Part shown: one piece after another, positions 37,308 to 47,899 of the stretch | Numbering within the stretch: the first letter of the stretch is position 1 | Layout of the letters: every line of letters begins with the position of its first letter | NCBI GenBank assembly: GCA_965267575.1 | Contig: OZ254086.1 | Location: 2,816,001 to 2,880,000 of the forward strand | Direction of reading: 5' to 3' | Length of the DNA: 64,000 bases | From: Calditrichales bacterium | Lineage (GTDB): Bacteria; Calditrichota; Calditrichia; Calditrichales; J004 | Made by a program: the position numbers and the translations under genes | Notes under the pieces: model-generated | What the model was told of the DNA's origin: nothing | What the model saw: the letters and a program-made list of their open reading frames with translations, nothing else | Databases searched by the model: none

Positions 37308-38051
37308 ATGATCTATCGCGTAAAGCTGGACATATTTGAAGGTCCTTTTGACCTGCTGCTGTTTCTGATCCGCAAGAATGAGGTGGATATTTATGATATC
37401 CCTATTTCCAAGATCACAAAGCAGTTTCTGGATTACATTGAGGTGATGCAGATCCTCGATCTGGATGTGGCGGGGGATTTTATCGAAATCTGCGCGATAC
37501 TGATGAGCATAAAAGCGCGCTACCTGCTGCCTCGGCCGGAGAGCGATGAAGAAGAGATAGAGGACGATCCACGGCTGGAGCTGGTGGAACGGCTGATCGA
37601 GTACAAGCGCTTTAAGGATGCTTCCGAAGATATGGCTGACATGGAAGAAAAGCGCAGCCGCCTCTATGGCCGCAGCTATTTTGATTACCTGCCCAAAGGC
37701 GAAGAACCCACGGACGAAGAATATATCGGTCAGGTGACGCTGTTTGACCTGATGATGGCCTTCCGCAAGGCGATTGAGCAGATGCCCAAGGTGCATTATC
37801 ATGAAGTGCGCATGATCAAGGTGACGGTGGAGGAGCAGTCGGCATTGATACTGACGCGGCTGCAGGGCCAGAAGATGATCCTTTTCCAGGACCTGATGCG
37901 CGAGCTGAAAGAGAAAATTGAAATTATCGTAACATTTATCGCTTTGCTGGATTTGGTGAAAAACGGCAAGGTGGAGGTGGCGCAATCGAGTGTGTTTGAT
38001 GACATCCGCATTAAGCCGCGCGCCGTAACCGGGGAGACGGTGGAAGTATGA
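37308..38051 (+). CDS. scpA: Segregation/condensation protein A
   Basis: FEGPFDLLLFLI..DIYDIPI; TFIALLDL. Confidence 0.96.
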   Translation: MIYRVKLDIFEGPFDLLLFLIRKNEVDIYDIPISKITKQFLDYIEVMQILDLDVAGDFIEICAILMSIKARYLLPRPESDEEEIEDDPRLELVERLIEYKRFKDASEDMADMEEKRSRLYGRSYFDYLPKGEEPTDEEYIGQVTLFDLMMAFRKAIEQMPKVHYHEVRMIKVTVEEQSALILTRLQGQKMILFQDLMRELKEKIEIIVTFIALLDLVKNGKVEVAQSSVFDDIRIKPRAVTGETVEV

Positions 38052-38794
38052 TCGTCGATGCATTGCAAATTGTGGAAGCGTTGTTGTTCGCCAGCGACAG
38101 TCCGTTGCCGGCGCGTAAGATAAAAGAAATCCTGCCAGACATAGGCGGCGAAGGCGACGTAAAAAAACTGCTGCGCGAGTTGGAAGAGAAATACGACAAA
38201 AGCAACAGCAGCATCCAGATTATCCAGTTGGCCGGCGGTTACCAGATGGTGACACGGGAAACCTACGCCTCCTGGGTCTCACAACTTTATAAAGCGAGGG
38301 CACAATCGCGGCTTACGCGCAAAGGCCTGGAAACGCTGGCTATTATTGCCTACCGCCAGCCGATTACCAAGCAGGAGATTGAGCATATTCGCGGAGTGAG
38401 CGCGGACGGCGTGGTGCGCACACTGATCGAGCGCAACCTGATCACGGTTAAAGGCCGTGAAAAGGCGCCGGGCAATCCGCTGTTGTATGGCACCACAAAA
38501 TATTTTCTGGAGTACTTTGGATTGAATGATATCAGCGATCTGCCCAAGCTGAAAGAAATTGACGAATTGCTTAAGGGCGATTCCAAGTTCCTGGAAAGCC
38601 TGGACCAGGTGGCGCTTGAGCAGCTGATGCCTGAGGCACTGGGCCTGAACTCCATGACCGACGAAGAAGATGCTGCCGGCGAAGACGATAATGCCGCCAG
38701 GACGCAAGATACGCCGGCCGCTGAAAACGCGCAGGACAATGCCGTTGACCAGGGCGATGAGGGGGAAGAGGAGCGCCGTGATCCGTCTGAATAA
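38048..38794 (+). CDS. scpB: SMC-Scp complex subunit B
   Basis: EALLFAS; LETLAIIAYRQPIT..IRGV; LYGTT..FL.YFGL. Confidence 0.96.
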   Translation: MIVDALQIVEALLFASDSPLPARKIKEILPDIGGEGDVKKLLRELEEKYDKSNSSIQIIQLAGGYQMVTRETYASWVSQLYKARAQSRLTRKGLETLAIIAYRQPITKQEIEHIRGVSADGVVRTLIERNLITVKGREKAPGNPLLYGTTKYFLEYFGLNDISDLPKLKEIDELLKGDSKFLESLDQVALEQLMPEALGLNSMTDEEDAAGEDDNAARTQDTPAAENAQDNAVDQGDEGEEERRDPSE

Positions 38795-39512
38795 GTACCT
38801 GGCGCGCTGTGGCGTAGCTTCCCGCCGGGCCTGTGATGAACTGATCAGCAAGGGCCGGGTTAAGGTGAACGGCAAAGTGGTGAAGGAACTGGGCGTCGTG
38901 ATCGATGAAAACAGTGACCGCGTGGAATTTGACGGAAAGCTGATGGACAGCAGTAAAACGGAAAATTTTATCTACGTGCTGCTCAACAAGCCGCAGGAAG
39001 TTATCAGCACCGCCGACGATGAATTTAGCCGCGAGACAGTGGTGGACCTCATCGCCGCGCCGCAGCGCATTTACCCCGTGGGCCGGCTGGATTACCAGAC
39101 CACGGGCGTGCTGCTTTTAACCAATGACGGCGAACTGACCAATCGTCTTATCCACCCCCGTTATAAAGTAACCAAAGTTTACCACGCGCTAATTGACCGC
39201 AAAATCAAGCCGGTGGATCTGTATCATCTTCGCAACGGTGTGGAGCTGGATGGTAAGAAAACACTGCCCTGCAAGATTGAAGAAATGCGCATCGTTGACA
39301 ACCAGAGCTTTTTAAAAATAGAGTTGCGCGAGGGGCGCAACCGCCAGATACGGCGCATGTTTGAGGCCGTGGGCTATGAAGTGGAGGAATTGGATCGCGT
39401 AGCTTTTGGCGGTCTTAGTTATGGCGGATTGCACCGCGGCGAATGGCGCTACCTGCGTCCGGCGGAGGTTGAGCAACTGCAAAACCTGGTCCAGGAAAAC
39501 CCGGTATCCTGA
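38778..39512 (+). CDS. rluB: rRNA pseudouridine synthase (RluB/RsuA family)
   Basis: GTG start after GAGGAG; RLNKYLA.CGVASRR; VGRLD; EGRNRQIRRM. Confidence 0.9.
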   Translation: MIRLNKYLARCGVASRRACDELISKGRVKVNGKVVKELGVVIDENSDRVEFDGKLMDSSKTENFIYVLLNKPQEVISTADDEFSRETVVDLIAAPQRIYPVGRLDYQTTGVLLLTNDGELTNRLIHPRYKVTKVYHALIDRKIKPVDLYHLRNGVELDGKKTLPCKIEEMRIVDNQSFLKIELREGRNRQIRRMFEAVGYEVEELDRVAFGGLSYGGLHRGEWRYLRPAEVEQLQNLVQENPVS

Positions 39513-40196
39513 ATGGCTGAGCGCAAGATAAATATCGCTATCGACGGCCCGGCAGCGTCCGGCAAAAGCAGCACCGCAAAGCTTGTGGCAAAGCGGCTCG
39601 GTTTTATTTATGTAGATACCGGCGCCATGTACCGCGCGGCAACGCTGGCAGCGCGCAGAGCAGGCGTAAACTGGAAAGACCCGCAGGCGATCGTTGAGGT
39701 GGTTGAGCGAAGCCATATTGAGCTGAAACGCATTGACGGGACACAGCACACTTTCCTGGATGGTGAAGATGTTAGTCGCGCCATCCGCCAGCCCGTGATC
39801 GATAAACATGTGAGCGATGTGGCTTCCAACGGACCGGTGCGCGCGTTGCTTGTGGCCCGCCAGCGTGAAATGGCCCGCGATGGCGGCGTGGTGATGGACG
39901 GCCGCGATATCGGCACGGTGGTGCTGCCGGATGCCGAGCTGAAAGTGTTTATGGTTGCTTCCATCGATGCGCGCGCAAAACGGCGCATCCGGGAACTGCA
40001 AGCGCACGGTGAAGAGGTGGATGCCGAAGCCGTCAAGAAAGAAATCCGCCGCCGCGATGAAGCCGACCAGAACCGCAAAGACGGCCCGCTTAAAAAAGCC
40101 GATGACGCCCGCGTCCTGGACAACTCAAATCTCACCGTCGGGCAGCAGGTGGAGCAGATTGTGCGCTGGGCAAATGAGATTGTTCATCCTGCCTGA
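39513..40196 (+). CDS. cmk: Cytidylate kinase
   Basis: IAIDGPAASGKS, DTGAMYRA and DGRDIGTVV motifs. Confidence 0.97.
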   Translation: MAERKINIAIDGPAASGKSSTAKLVAKRLGFIYVDTGAMYRAATLAARRAGVNWKDPQAIVEVVERSHIELKRIDGTQHTFLDGEDVSRAIRQPVIDKHVSDVASNGPVRALLVARQREMARDGGVVMDGRDIGTVVLPDAELKVFMVASIDARAKRRIRELQAHGEEVDAEAVKKEIRRRDEADQNRKDGPLKKADDARVLDNSNLTVGQQVEQIVRWANEIVHPA

Positions 40197-40304
40197 GCCG
40201 CATTTTATACAGTGGTTCCAGCCCTTTAAAAAATCCGCCGTTGAAATCAGCGGTCAAAAACGCTATAATCGCACAGAGCATTGTTTAAACTTCAGCGGGC
40301 CCGT

Positions 40305-42539
40305 ATGAAAATTTTTAGCACTTTATTAGTCCTTGCTATCAGCCTTCCTCTTTTCGCGCACGATGTTATTATCAAAGGACATGTGTACGACCAGGCCACC
40401 AAAAAAGCTATCGAATCTGTAAATATATATGTTAAAGACCGTCCTGTTGGCACGACCTCGAAAGATGATGGCAGCTTTGAGTTGAAAGTCTCCAATGCCA
40501 ACAATAAGCTGGTGATTGTATTTGACCACATCAGTTTTGACACGTTGCAGGTGTCGCTTGGCAGCGCGCTTAAACGGAATGAATATTATCTTATTTCGAG
40601 AACAATGGAAGGCGACCAGATCACCGTTGAGGCTGAGAAAGAATCACCGTTCAGCAAGGACCTGACGCAGACGATTACGATGATCGGTTCTAAGGAGTTT
40701 GAGGGGCGCGGCTACGTGGATGTGGGCGATTTACTGCGTACGGACCAGAGCGTGCAGATCGAAGAAGAACTGAGCGGCAAAAAGACCATGTCGCTGCGCG
40801 GGGGCAATCCGGAAGACGTGATTGTTTTTTACAACGGCATCAAGATGAACAGCAATTACGACAACGTTTTTGACCTGTCGCTGCTCAACCTGGAAGACAT
40901 ACAGCGCATTGAGATCATCAAGGGCAGTAATACCGCGTTGTACGGTTCAGAAGCTTTTTCGGGTGTTGTTAATATTGTACCCAAAACCCGCCAGGACTAT
41001 ACCGCACGGTTTGTCCAGAAATTCGGCTCTTACGACAGCGGCGACTGGAATCTGCAGGTCAATCATTCCTTTAAAGACCGATTGTATCTCTCCTACAATC
41101 ACAAACAGGCCGGCAGCCGCAGGCCTTATGCCAGCGGAGAAGATGTTCTGCAAAATGAAACCATGCACAATTCGGCCACACTCTACTACGATATGAGTGA
41201 CAGCAAGCGCGACGCGGAGCACGGCATCAGCGTCATCTTTATGCGCGCGGATTTGCAATATGACAACAGCAGCCTGCTGGAAAAAATTGACGATCTAAAC
41301 CAGATGGTATCGTTGCGCTACGCCGGGCCGATCGGGCCTGTTGCCGGCTGGGAAATTTCTGCTGCCCACCAGCTGCTGGAAAACCGCCAGGATATCGCCC
41401 TGAAAGATGGTGAATTCAAGCGCGAAACGGACAACACCAACCTGATGTTCAACCTGCAGAAAACGTTTGTTTTTGATGACCTCAACATCATAGCCTCCTA
41501 TCAGCGCGAAGACGGTGACATCGACTATATTGACCGCCGTGATTATCTGGATTTCCGGCCGGAAGGTTTGCAGAGCGCTGTTCTTACCCGCACCCGCAAC
41601 AGCTTTGTTGCACTGTTCAACTACGACGCTTCACTGGGTGGTGACCTGCTGGAAAAAGCCGATGTGGATGTGAGTTATCGCTACGACCGTGTAAAGGATG
41701 GCAGGGAAGATGCGTTGACGGTGACGCCGTTCGGGGACACGCTTTATACATCCGGGACAAGCGGCGAGAACAGCTGGGAAGAGAGCATGCTCAAGTTTTC
41801 CTTTAATGTGGGTGCGCAAAAGGGCAGGTTTAAATACAATATTTTTCTCAATACCGGTACCAACGTGCGTTTCCCAACGCTTTTTAACCAGATCAGTCAG
41901 CCCGGCGTGGTTGGCACTATAGACGGTGTTACATCCAATCTCGCGCCGGAGCGTAACCGCAGTTCCGAACTGGGTTTTCAGCTTACGCGCATAATGCCCG
42001 CGGTATCCTTTTTTGAAGAATGGCGCTTTCATTTTAATTACTTCCAGAATACTTACGACAATAAATTCAGGAGCTATTACGTCCCTTATACGCCCACGGC
42101 GCTGTTCGATAATGTGCAAACTGCGAACATATCCGGACTGGAAGGCAAGAGCGGCTGGTCGGCGCTGGAGGACAGGTTGTTTATAGAGTTCGCCGCATCC
42201 TATTATGATATTTCCGAGAAAGCGGCGTTTCCGCTGAAAAGTGATACTAAATTTACTGCCCAGCTGGCTTATGAAGTGAATGAATACCTGTTCAAGCTAT
42301 ACTGGTTTAAATACAGTGAGCAAACAGGCTGGTTCCGCGACACACAGAATCGCTTTTTTGAAGTTGACCTGCCGGGCTACGATAACATAGATGTCCATTT
42401 CAGTAAAATTTTCCGTATAGCGGACTGGTATCTGCGCTTTAATGCCAGCGCCCAGAATATACTTTCGGACGATACTGTTTTAAATGGTATTGCCATCAGA
42501 GACCGGCGCTATTACGTCGGTTTTGAAGTACGATATTAA
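40305..42539 (+). CDS. TonB-dependent receptor
   Basis: CarboxypepD_reg N-terminus; plug motif IQRIEIIKG..ALYGSEA..GVVNI; LAPER; NILSD..RRYYVGFEVRY end. Confidence 0.92.
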   Translation: MKIFSTLLVLAISLPLFAHDVIIKGHVYDQATKKAIESVNIYVKDRPVGTTSKDDGSFELKVSNANNKLVIVFDHISFDTLQVSLGSALKRNEYYLISRTMEGDQITVEAEKESPFSKDLTQTITMIGSKEFEGRGYVDVGDLLRTDQSVQIEEELSGKKTMSLRGGNPEDVIVFYNGIKMNSNYDNVFDLSLLNLEDIQRIEIIKGSNTALYGSEAFSGVVNIVPKTRQDYTARFVQKFGSYDSGDWNLQVNHSFKDRLYLSYNHKQAGSRRPYASGEDVLQNETMHNSATLYYDMSDSKRDAEHGISVIFMRADLQYDNSSLLEKIDDLNQMVSLRYAGPIGPVAGWEISAAHQLLENRQDIALKDGEFKRETDNTNLMFNLQKTFVFDDLNIIASYQREDGDIDYIDRRDYLDFRPEGLQSAVLTRTRNSFVALFNYDASLGGDLLEKADVDVSYRYDRVKDGREDALTVTPFGDTLYTSGTSGENSWEESMLKFSFNVGAQKGRFKYNIFLNTGTNVRFPTLFNQISQPGVVGTIDGVTSNLAPERNRSSELGFQLTRIMPAVSFFEEWRFHFNYFQNTYDNKFRSYYVPYTPTALFDNVQTANISGLEGKSGWSALEDRLFIEFAASYYDISEKAAFPLKSDTKFTAQLAYEVNEYLFKLYWFKYSEQTGWFRDTQNRFFEVDLPGYDNIDVHFSKIFRIADWYLRFNASAQNILSDDTVLNGIAIRDRRYYVGFEVRY

Positions 42540-42552
42540 ACGAGATATAAAA

Positions 42553-43404
42553 ATGCACCGTAATCGATTTATCGCCTTTGTCGTTTTCATCTCATTTTGC
42601 CTTTATGTAACGGGGTGCACGGAAAACCCTTTTTTCGATGACAAGGTAAATGTTGAGAGCAATCTTTCGTTTAGCGGACGTGTAAACATCCCGGCGGAAG
42701 AAAACAGCGGCGGTGTTTTTGTTTGGATGGAGGGATTGGATTTACATACGATTACGGAGCCCGACGGCAGTTTTGTGATTACGCTGCCCAATGAACCCCA
42801 GTTACAATCCGGCGGCGGTTTAACCGGGTTCTACAAGGTCTATTACTATGTGCAGAATTACCGCATTGCCTCATCGGATGTATTTCTTTTTAAGGGCCAG
42901 TTTGAATATGGGATCGGCGATCTTACCAAAGACGGGCGGTTGATACGGGACGTTTCAATGAAAAAGCTGCTGGAGATTAAAACAACAACCGAGCCGTCAA
43001 TAGTTGATTCTGTTTTTTCCGGCTCCTTCGATGTGGTTGTCAATCTGGAGAATAAAGTGGACTCGGTGATCGTGGAAACATATAAAACCCCCAAAGGTGA
43101 CCTTGGTCAGGCCTTTTTGCGCAATACGGATCCGGCCATAGACACCTCTTTTATATTGCGGCAGTCTTCCGGCCGTGTGCAGGAAGTGATCGACAGCGCC
43201 ACGGTTTGGAGCATGACTTTTTATTGGGAAAAAGGCTGGCTGGAAGAGGGGCGCTATGAGATTATACCCTTTATTGAAGTAAAACAGGAAGGGATTCCTC
43301 AAGGCCTTCTGTCCCGTTTCCGTGACGCGTTCCGTCTCTCCAATCTGGAGTTTTTCGAAATTCCCAGCAAGCAGCGTAGTGCTATACTCACAGTGCGTAA
43401 TTAA
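42553..43404 (+). CDS. Uncharacterised lipoprotein (paralog A)
   Basis: Lipobox VTGC-TENPFF; carboxypeptidase-regulatory-like N-terminal domain. Confidence 0.8.
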   Translation: MHRNRFIAFVVFISFCLYVTGCTENPFFDDKVNVESNLSFSGRVNIPAEENSGGVFVWMEGLDLHTITEPDGSFVITLPNEPQLQSGGGLTGFYKVYYYVQNYRIASSDVFLFKGQFEYGIGDLTKDGRLIRDVSMKKLLEIKTTTEPSIVDSVFSGSFDVVVNLENKVDSVIVETYKTPKGDLGQAFLRNTDPAIDTSFILRQSSGRVQEVIDSATVWSMTFYWEKGWLEEGRYEIIPFIEVKQEGIPQGLLSRFRDAFRLSNLEFFEIPSKQRSAILTVRN

Positions 43405-43520
43405 AGCCTTTAATGACCCTCCTCTAAATTTGTATATCCTGAAAAAAGACCTTAAATTGCCAAACTGTATTTAACAGCCTTAGGGCATACTATAATTAAC
43501 GGAAGGAGTAATCTTAACCA

Positions 43521-45530
43521 ATGTCTGATGTAAACAAAGAAGCGGTTGAAGAGAAAGAAACCGCCAAACCCCAAACCGGTGAGGCTTCCGAAGAAAAGCC
43601 TGATAAAGAGAAAAAAGCAACTCCGGCCGCGCAGGAAGATGAAGAGATCGTGGTAAAGCTGGAGGATTTTGAAGAAGAAGATGAATATCCCGCCGAGGAG
43701 ATGGAATTCCTGTCCAAGATGTATGACCGGACAATGAATACTATCACTGAAGGTGAAATCGTTAATGGACGTATTCTGGATATTACCGAAAAAGACGTGT
43801 TGGTGGATATCGGTTTTAAATCCGAAGGCATCGTACCAAAAGAAGAATTCAATAATCTTGATGAGCTGCAGATTGGCGACGAAGTTGAGGTCTACCTGGA
43901 AAATCTGGAAGACCATAGTGGCCAGTTGCGTCTTTCCCGCCGCCGCGCCGACTTTATGCGCGTATGGGAACGTGTGGTTCAAAAATATGAAAATGATGAA
44001 GTTGTCCAGGGTACCATCAACCGTCGTATTAAAGGCGGCATGGTTGTTAACATCATGGGTATCGACGCGTTTCTGCCGGGTTCACAGATTGATGTACGGC
44101 CGATTCGTGATTTCGACTCTTTTCTGGGTGTTACCAAGGATTTCAAAATCGTAAAAGTAAATCACGCCCGCAAAAATATCGTTGTGTCCTCGCGCGTGCT
44201 CATCGAAAAAGAGATGGAAAGCCAGCGCAAAGAGATCCTTTCCAACCTGGAAAAAGGCAAAGTGCTTAAGGGTATCGTCAAGAATATTACCGACTTCGGC
44301 GTATTTATCGACCTGGGCGGTGTGGACGGCCTGCTGCACATTACCGATCTTAGCTGGGGCCGCGTCAACCATCCTTCCGAACTGGTCAAGCTGGACCAGG
44401 AACTGGAAGTGGTTGTTCTGGACTTCAACGAGAAGAAAGACCGTATTTCGCTTGGCCTGAAGCAACTTCAGCCGCACCCGTGGGAAAATGTGGAAAGCAA
44501 ATACCCGGTTGGCTCCAAGATCGTTGGCAAGGTTGTCAGCATCACGGATTATGGCGCGTTTATCGAGCTGGAAAAAGGCATCGAGGGTCTTATTCACATC
44601 TCCGAGATGTCCTGGTCGCAGCATATCAAACATCCCAGCCAGTTGTTAACGGTTGGCCAGGATGTTGAAGCTGTGGTTCTGAACATCGAAGCGGAGGAAA
44701 AGAAAATCTCCCTTGGTCTCAAGCAGCTTGAGCCTGATCCATGGGATGTTGTGGAAGATCGTTACCCGGTTGGTTCCGTTCATAAAGGCACGGTGCGCAA
44801 TCTCACTCAGTTCGGCGCTTTCGTTGAGTTGGAGGAAGGCGTAGACGGGTTGGTTCATATTTCGGATCTTTCATGGACAAAGAAAGTGCGTCACCCCAGC
44901 GAAATCGTCAAGAAAGGCGAAGAAATCGAAGTAGTCGTATTGGGCATCAATCGTGAAGAACGCCGCATAGCGTTGGGTCACAAGCAGATTGACGAAAATC
45001 CCTGGGACGCTTTTGAAGAAAACTACAATGTTGGCACCGACACCGAAGCCAAGGTGCTGCGCATTCTTGACAAAGGTGTTGTAGCTACGCTGGATCTCGG
45101 TGTCGAGGGTTTTGTGCCCAATCAGCATCTTGGATTGCCAAAAGGAAAGAAAGTTGCTGATTCCTACAAGGAAGGTGATAAGCTGCCGGTTAAGGTGATC
45201 GAATTCGATAAAGAGAATAAAAAGATCGTTCTCTCGGTAAGCGAATACTTCAAGGATAAGGAACAGGCGGACTGGGAAAACTACCTGCAGTCGCATGGTG
45301 TAGAGCCTACAACAATGGAAGAAGTGGCACGCACCAAAGATAGTCAGGAAGAAAAGGCAGCTGACGAGAAGGAAGAAAAAGCCGCCGAAAAAGCGGAAGA
45401 ACCCGCTGAAGCTCCCAAAGCCAAGAAAGAAACAGCCAGGGGCGAAAAGAAAGCGGATGAAGAGAAGGCCGAATCTTCCGATGAGGCTGAAAAGGCTGAG
45501 GATTCTGACGAATCCGAAGAGAAAAAGTAA
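43521..45530 (+). CDS. rpsA: 30S ribosomal protein S1 with acidic N- and C-terminal extensions
   Basis: Six S1 repeats (FLPGSQID, DFGVFIDLGG.DGLLHITD.SW, etc.). Confidence 0.98.
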   Translation: MSDVNKEAVEEKETAKPQTGEASEEKPDKEKKATPAAQEDEEIVVKLEDFEEEDEYPAEEMEFLSKMYDRTMNTITEGEIVNGRILDITEKDVLVDIGFKSEGIVPKEEFNNLDELQIGDEVEVYLENLEDHSGQLRLSRRRADFMRVWERVVQKYENDEVVQGTINRRIKGGMVVNIMGIDAFLPGSQIDVRPIRDFDSFLGVTKDFKIVKVNHARKNIVVSSRVLIEKEMESQRKEILSNLEKGKVLKGIVKNITDFGVFIDLGGVDGLLHITDLSWGRVNHPSELVKLDQELEVVVLDFNEKKDRISLGLKQLQPHPWENVESKYPVGSKIVGKVVSITDYGAFIELEKGIEGLIHISEMSWSQHIKHPSQLLTVGQDVEAVVLNIEAEEKKISLGLKQLEPDPWDVVEDRYPVGSVHKGTVRNLTQFGAFVELEEGVDGLVHISDLSWTKKVRHPSEIVKKGEEIEVVVLGINREERRIALGHKQIDENPWDAFEENYNVGTDTEAKVLRILDKGVVATLDLGVEGFVPNQHLGLPKGKKVADSYKEGDKLPVKVIEFDKENKKIVLSVSEYFKDKEQADWENYLQSHGVEPTTMEEVARTKDSQEEKAADEKEEKAAEKAEEPAEAPKAKKETARGEKKADEEKAESSDEAEKAEDSDESEEKK

Positions 45531-45553
45531 AGCAGTAACGCTGCATTGACACC

Positions 45554-45587
45554 AGGCCGTCCGTACAAAAGCGGGCGGCCTTTTTTT
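45554..45587 (+). terminator. Intrinsic terminator after rpsA
   Basis: AGGCCGTCCG-loop-CGGGCGGCCT followed by a T run. Confidence 0.85.
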
Positions 45588-45722
45588 ATTTTGCAGCTAT
45601 ATGAATATGGCAGGGGAGATTCTTAAATCAATAATTGAATTCCAATAATAAACACTCTATACTTTGGAATGCTTTTGGCCCGCCCTTATATCCGGGAACA
45701 GAATTATGGAGATTGTTCTGAT

Positions 45723-46598
45723 ATGTTAAAACCCAAAGTAAAGACCGGAGTTACTGGCAGTGCGTGGGCTACACAGCTGGCAGCGGCGTTTTTGGTATTG
45801 TCATTTCTTGGCGGCTGTTCCGAAAACCCCTTTTTCGGAGAAGATATTAATTCCACGGGGAAGTTGACCATCAGCGGGAAAATAAATATCCACGATGCGC
45901 AGACCGATGACGGGGTTTTTATCTGGCTGGAAGGATTGGGTTCACATACCACAAGCAATCCCGATGGCAGTTTTGAACTTAAAATTGCCGAAGCCCAGCT
46001 GCAATCCGGTGGCGGGTTAACCGGCTTTTACAAGATCTATTATTATCTCAGCAACTACCGCATCAGAACATCGGATGTATTTCTTTACAGGGGACAGGTT
46101 GAGTATGGGTACGGTGATATTGATGCCAATGGGAAAGTCTTGAATACTGTGCAGCTTTCCCGATTGTTGAGTATTGAAACACGCATTGATCCGGCCGCTT
46201 TCGAAATTGACTTTACAGGCCAGTTTAAAGTGTATGTGAACCTGCGCTGCGAGGTTGATTCCGTGCTGGTTGAAACCTATAAAACGACAACTAATGAACT
46301 GGGTTATGTATTAGCCCGGGATGCAAATGTGGCTGATCCGCAAAGTTACGTGATATCGCAGAACAGCTTTTTTGTACGTGAGGTTATTTACAGCGCTACA
46401 ACCTGGTATATGGAAGTTCCCTGGCAAAACGGGGCATTGCCAGCGGGCGAATATGATATTATACCTTTTGTGGCGGCAAGGCAGCCCGGTCTTCCCGAAG
46501 GGCTGGTTGCTCATTTTGAAAGCATTCTTAACCCGCCCACAAAAAAATATGCCGACTTCCCCGTTAAGCTAAGGCCCGCCAGATTACACATTTATTAA
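45723..46598 (+). CDS. Uncharacterised lipoprotein (paralog B)
   Basis: Lipobox LGGC-SENPFF; collinear similarity to 42553-43404; start uncertain. Confidence 0.8.
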   Translation: MLKPKVKTGVTGSAWATQLAAAFLVLSFLGGCSENPFFGEDINSTGKLTISGKINIHDAQTDDGVFIWLEGLGSHTTSNPDGSFELKIAEAQLQSGGGLTGFYKIYYYLSNYRIRTSDVFLYRGQVEYGYGDIDANGKVLNTVQLSRLLSIETRIDPAAFEIDFTGQFKVYVNLRCEVDSVLVETYKTTTNELGYVLARDANVADPQSYVISQNSFFVREVIYSATTWYMEVPWQNGALPAGEYDIIPFVAARQPGLPEGLVAHFESILNPPTKKYADFPVKLRPARLHIY

Positions 46599-46704
46599 TT
46601 AAGCCTTTAAAAAAACAGTCCGTTTTACTAAAAGTGGCCTGGAGCAAATCTTTAATGAGCAATAAATGCTTAATATGATACAGTAAGAATAACAAAACGG
46701 GCTT

Positions 46705-47715
46705 ATGGTTCGCTTTTTTAATCGCATTTTCAACAACATCGGTATAGACCTGGGCACCGCAAATACGATCGTTTATGTGGCAAATCGCGGTTTTATTGTC
46801 AATGAGCCTTCCGTCATAGCCTATAAGTCTGAAAAGGAGATCATCGCTGTTGGCCGGGAAGCCAAGGAGATGCTGGGCAAAACCCACAAGGAGATTACGG
46901 TGATCCGTCCGCTGGCCGATGGCGTTATTGCCGATTTTGTGGCCGGTGAAGCACTGGTTAAATCATTTATTCGTCTGGCAGGTATACCTCCATTTTTTAT
47001 TAATAATGTGATTATCGGAGTGCCAACGGGTGTTACGTCGGTGGAAAAGCGTGCGGTTATGGAAAGCGCGGAATCGGCAGGGGGCAGGAAGGTATTTCTT
47101 GTAACCGAACCCATGGCGGCGGCCATTGGTGTAGGTGTAAATGTCTTAGGCTCCAGTGCCTGCATGATCATCGATATAGGCGGCGGCACAACCGATATTG
47201 CTGTAATCAATTATGGCGGAATCGTTGTGGATAATACAATTCGCATCGCCGGTGACGAAATGAACGACGCTATTATGCGCTATATGCGCCAAACCCACCA
47301 CCTTAAGATTGGCGAATCAACCGCTGAGCGTATTAAAATTGAATATGGGTCTCTCCTTAAAGACCGGGAGAAGAAGTTTACACTCAGCGGGCTGGACAGC
47401 CGCACGGGTCTTCCGGCCCAGCTTGAATTGAGCAGTGCGCTGTTTCGTGACGCTCTTAAAGATATACTTGGTGCCATTGCCGATTCTGTTTTGCAATGTC
47501 TTGATAAGCTACCCCCCGAACTGGCCACGGATATTATCGATCGTGGTATTATACTTACCGGTGGCGGATCACTGCTTGAAGGTATGGACAGCTACATCCG
47601 GGACCTTGTGAACCTGCCGGTTAGCCGGCCCGGTAATCCCTTGCTATGCGTTGCTGAAGGCACACGCAAGATCCTGGAGAATTTTGAGCTTTTCAGGCCG
47701 GTGTTGACACGCTAA
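46705..47715 (+). CDS. mreB: MreB/Mbl actin-like protein
   Basis: IDLGTAN, RPLADGVIADF, EPMAAAIG, DIGGGTT and LTGGG motifs. Confidence 0.88.
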   Translation: MVRFFNRIFNNIGIDLGTANTIVYVANRGFIVNEPSVIAYKSEKEIIAVGREAKEMLGKTHKEITVIRPLADGVIADFVAGEALVKSFIRLAGIPPFFINNVIIGVPTGVTSVEKRAVMESAESAGGRKVFLVTEPMAAAIGVGVNVLGSSACMIIDIGGGTTDIAVINYGGIVVDNTIRIAGDEMNDAIMRYMRQTHHLKIGESTAERIKIEYGSLLKDREKKFTLSGLDSRTGLPAQLELSSALFRDALKDILGAIADSVLQCLDKLPPELATDIIDRGIILTGGGSLLEGMDSYIRDLVNLPVSRPGNPLLCVAEGTRKILENFELFRPVLTR

Positions 47716-47758
47716 GCGGTTGCGACATTGACCTAATCGTCTTAAATTTATTTTTCCT

Positions 47759-47841
47759 GCGAGGATGGCGGAATTGGTAGACGCGCCAGACTTAGGATCT
47801 GGTGCCCTTGTGGCGTGGGAGTTCGAGTCTCCCTCCTCGTA
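47759..47841 (+). tRNA. tRNA-Leu(TAG)
   Basis: Acceptor GCGAGGA/TCCTCGT; anticodon arm CCAGA-CTTAGGA-TCTGG; long variable arm; CCA not encoded. Confidence 0.96.
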
Positions 47842-47864
47842 CGACCTTTTTCGGGTTAAGCTGC

Positions 47865-47899
47865 AGGCGCGGAGCTGTTGGGGGTTCCGCGCCTTTTTT
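47865..47899 (+). terminator. Terminator after tRNA-Leu
   Basis: AGGCGCGGAGC-loop-GTTCCGCGCCT followed by a T run. Confidence 0.85.
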
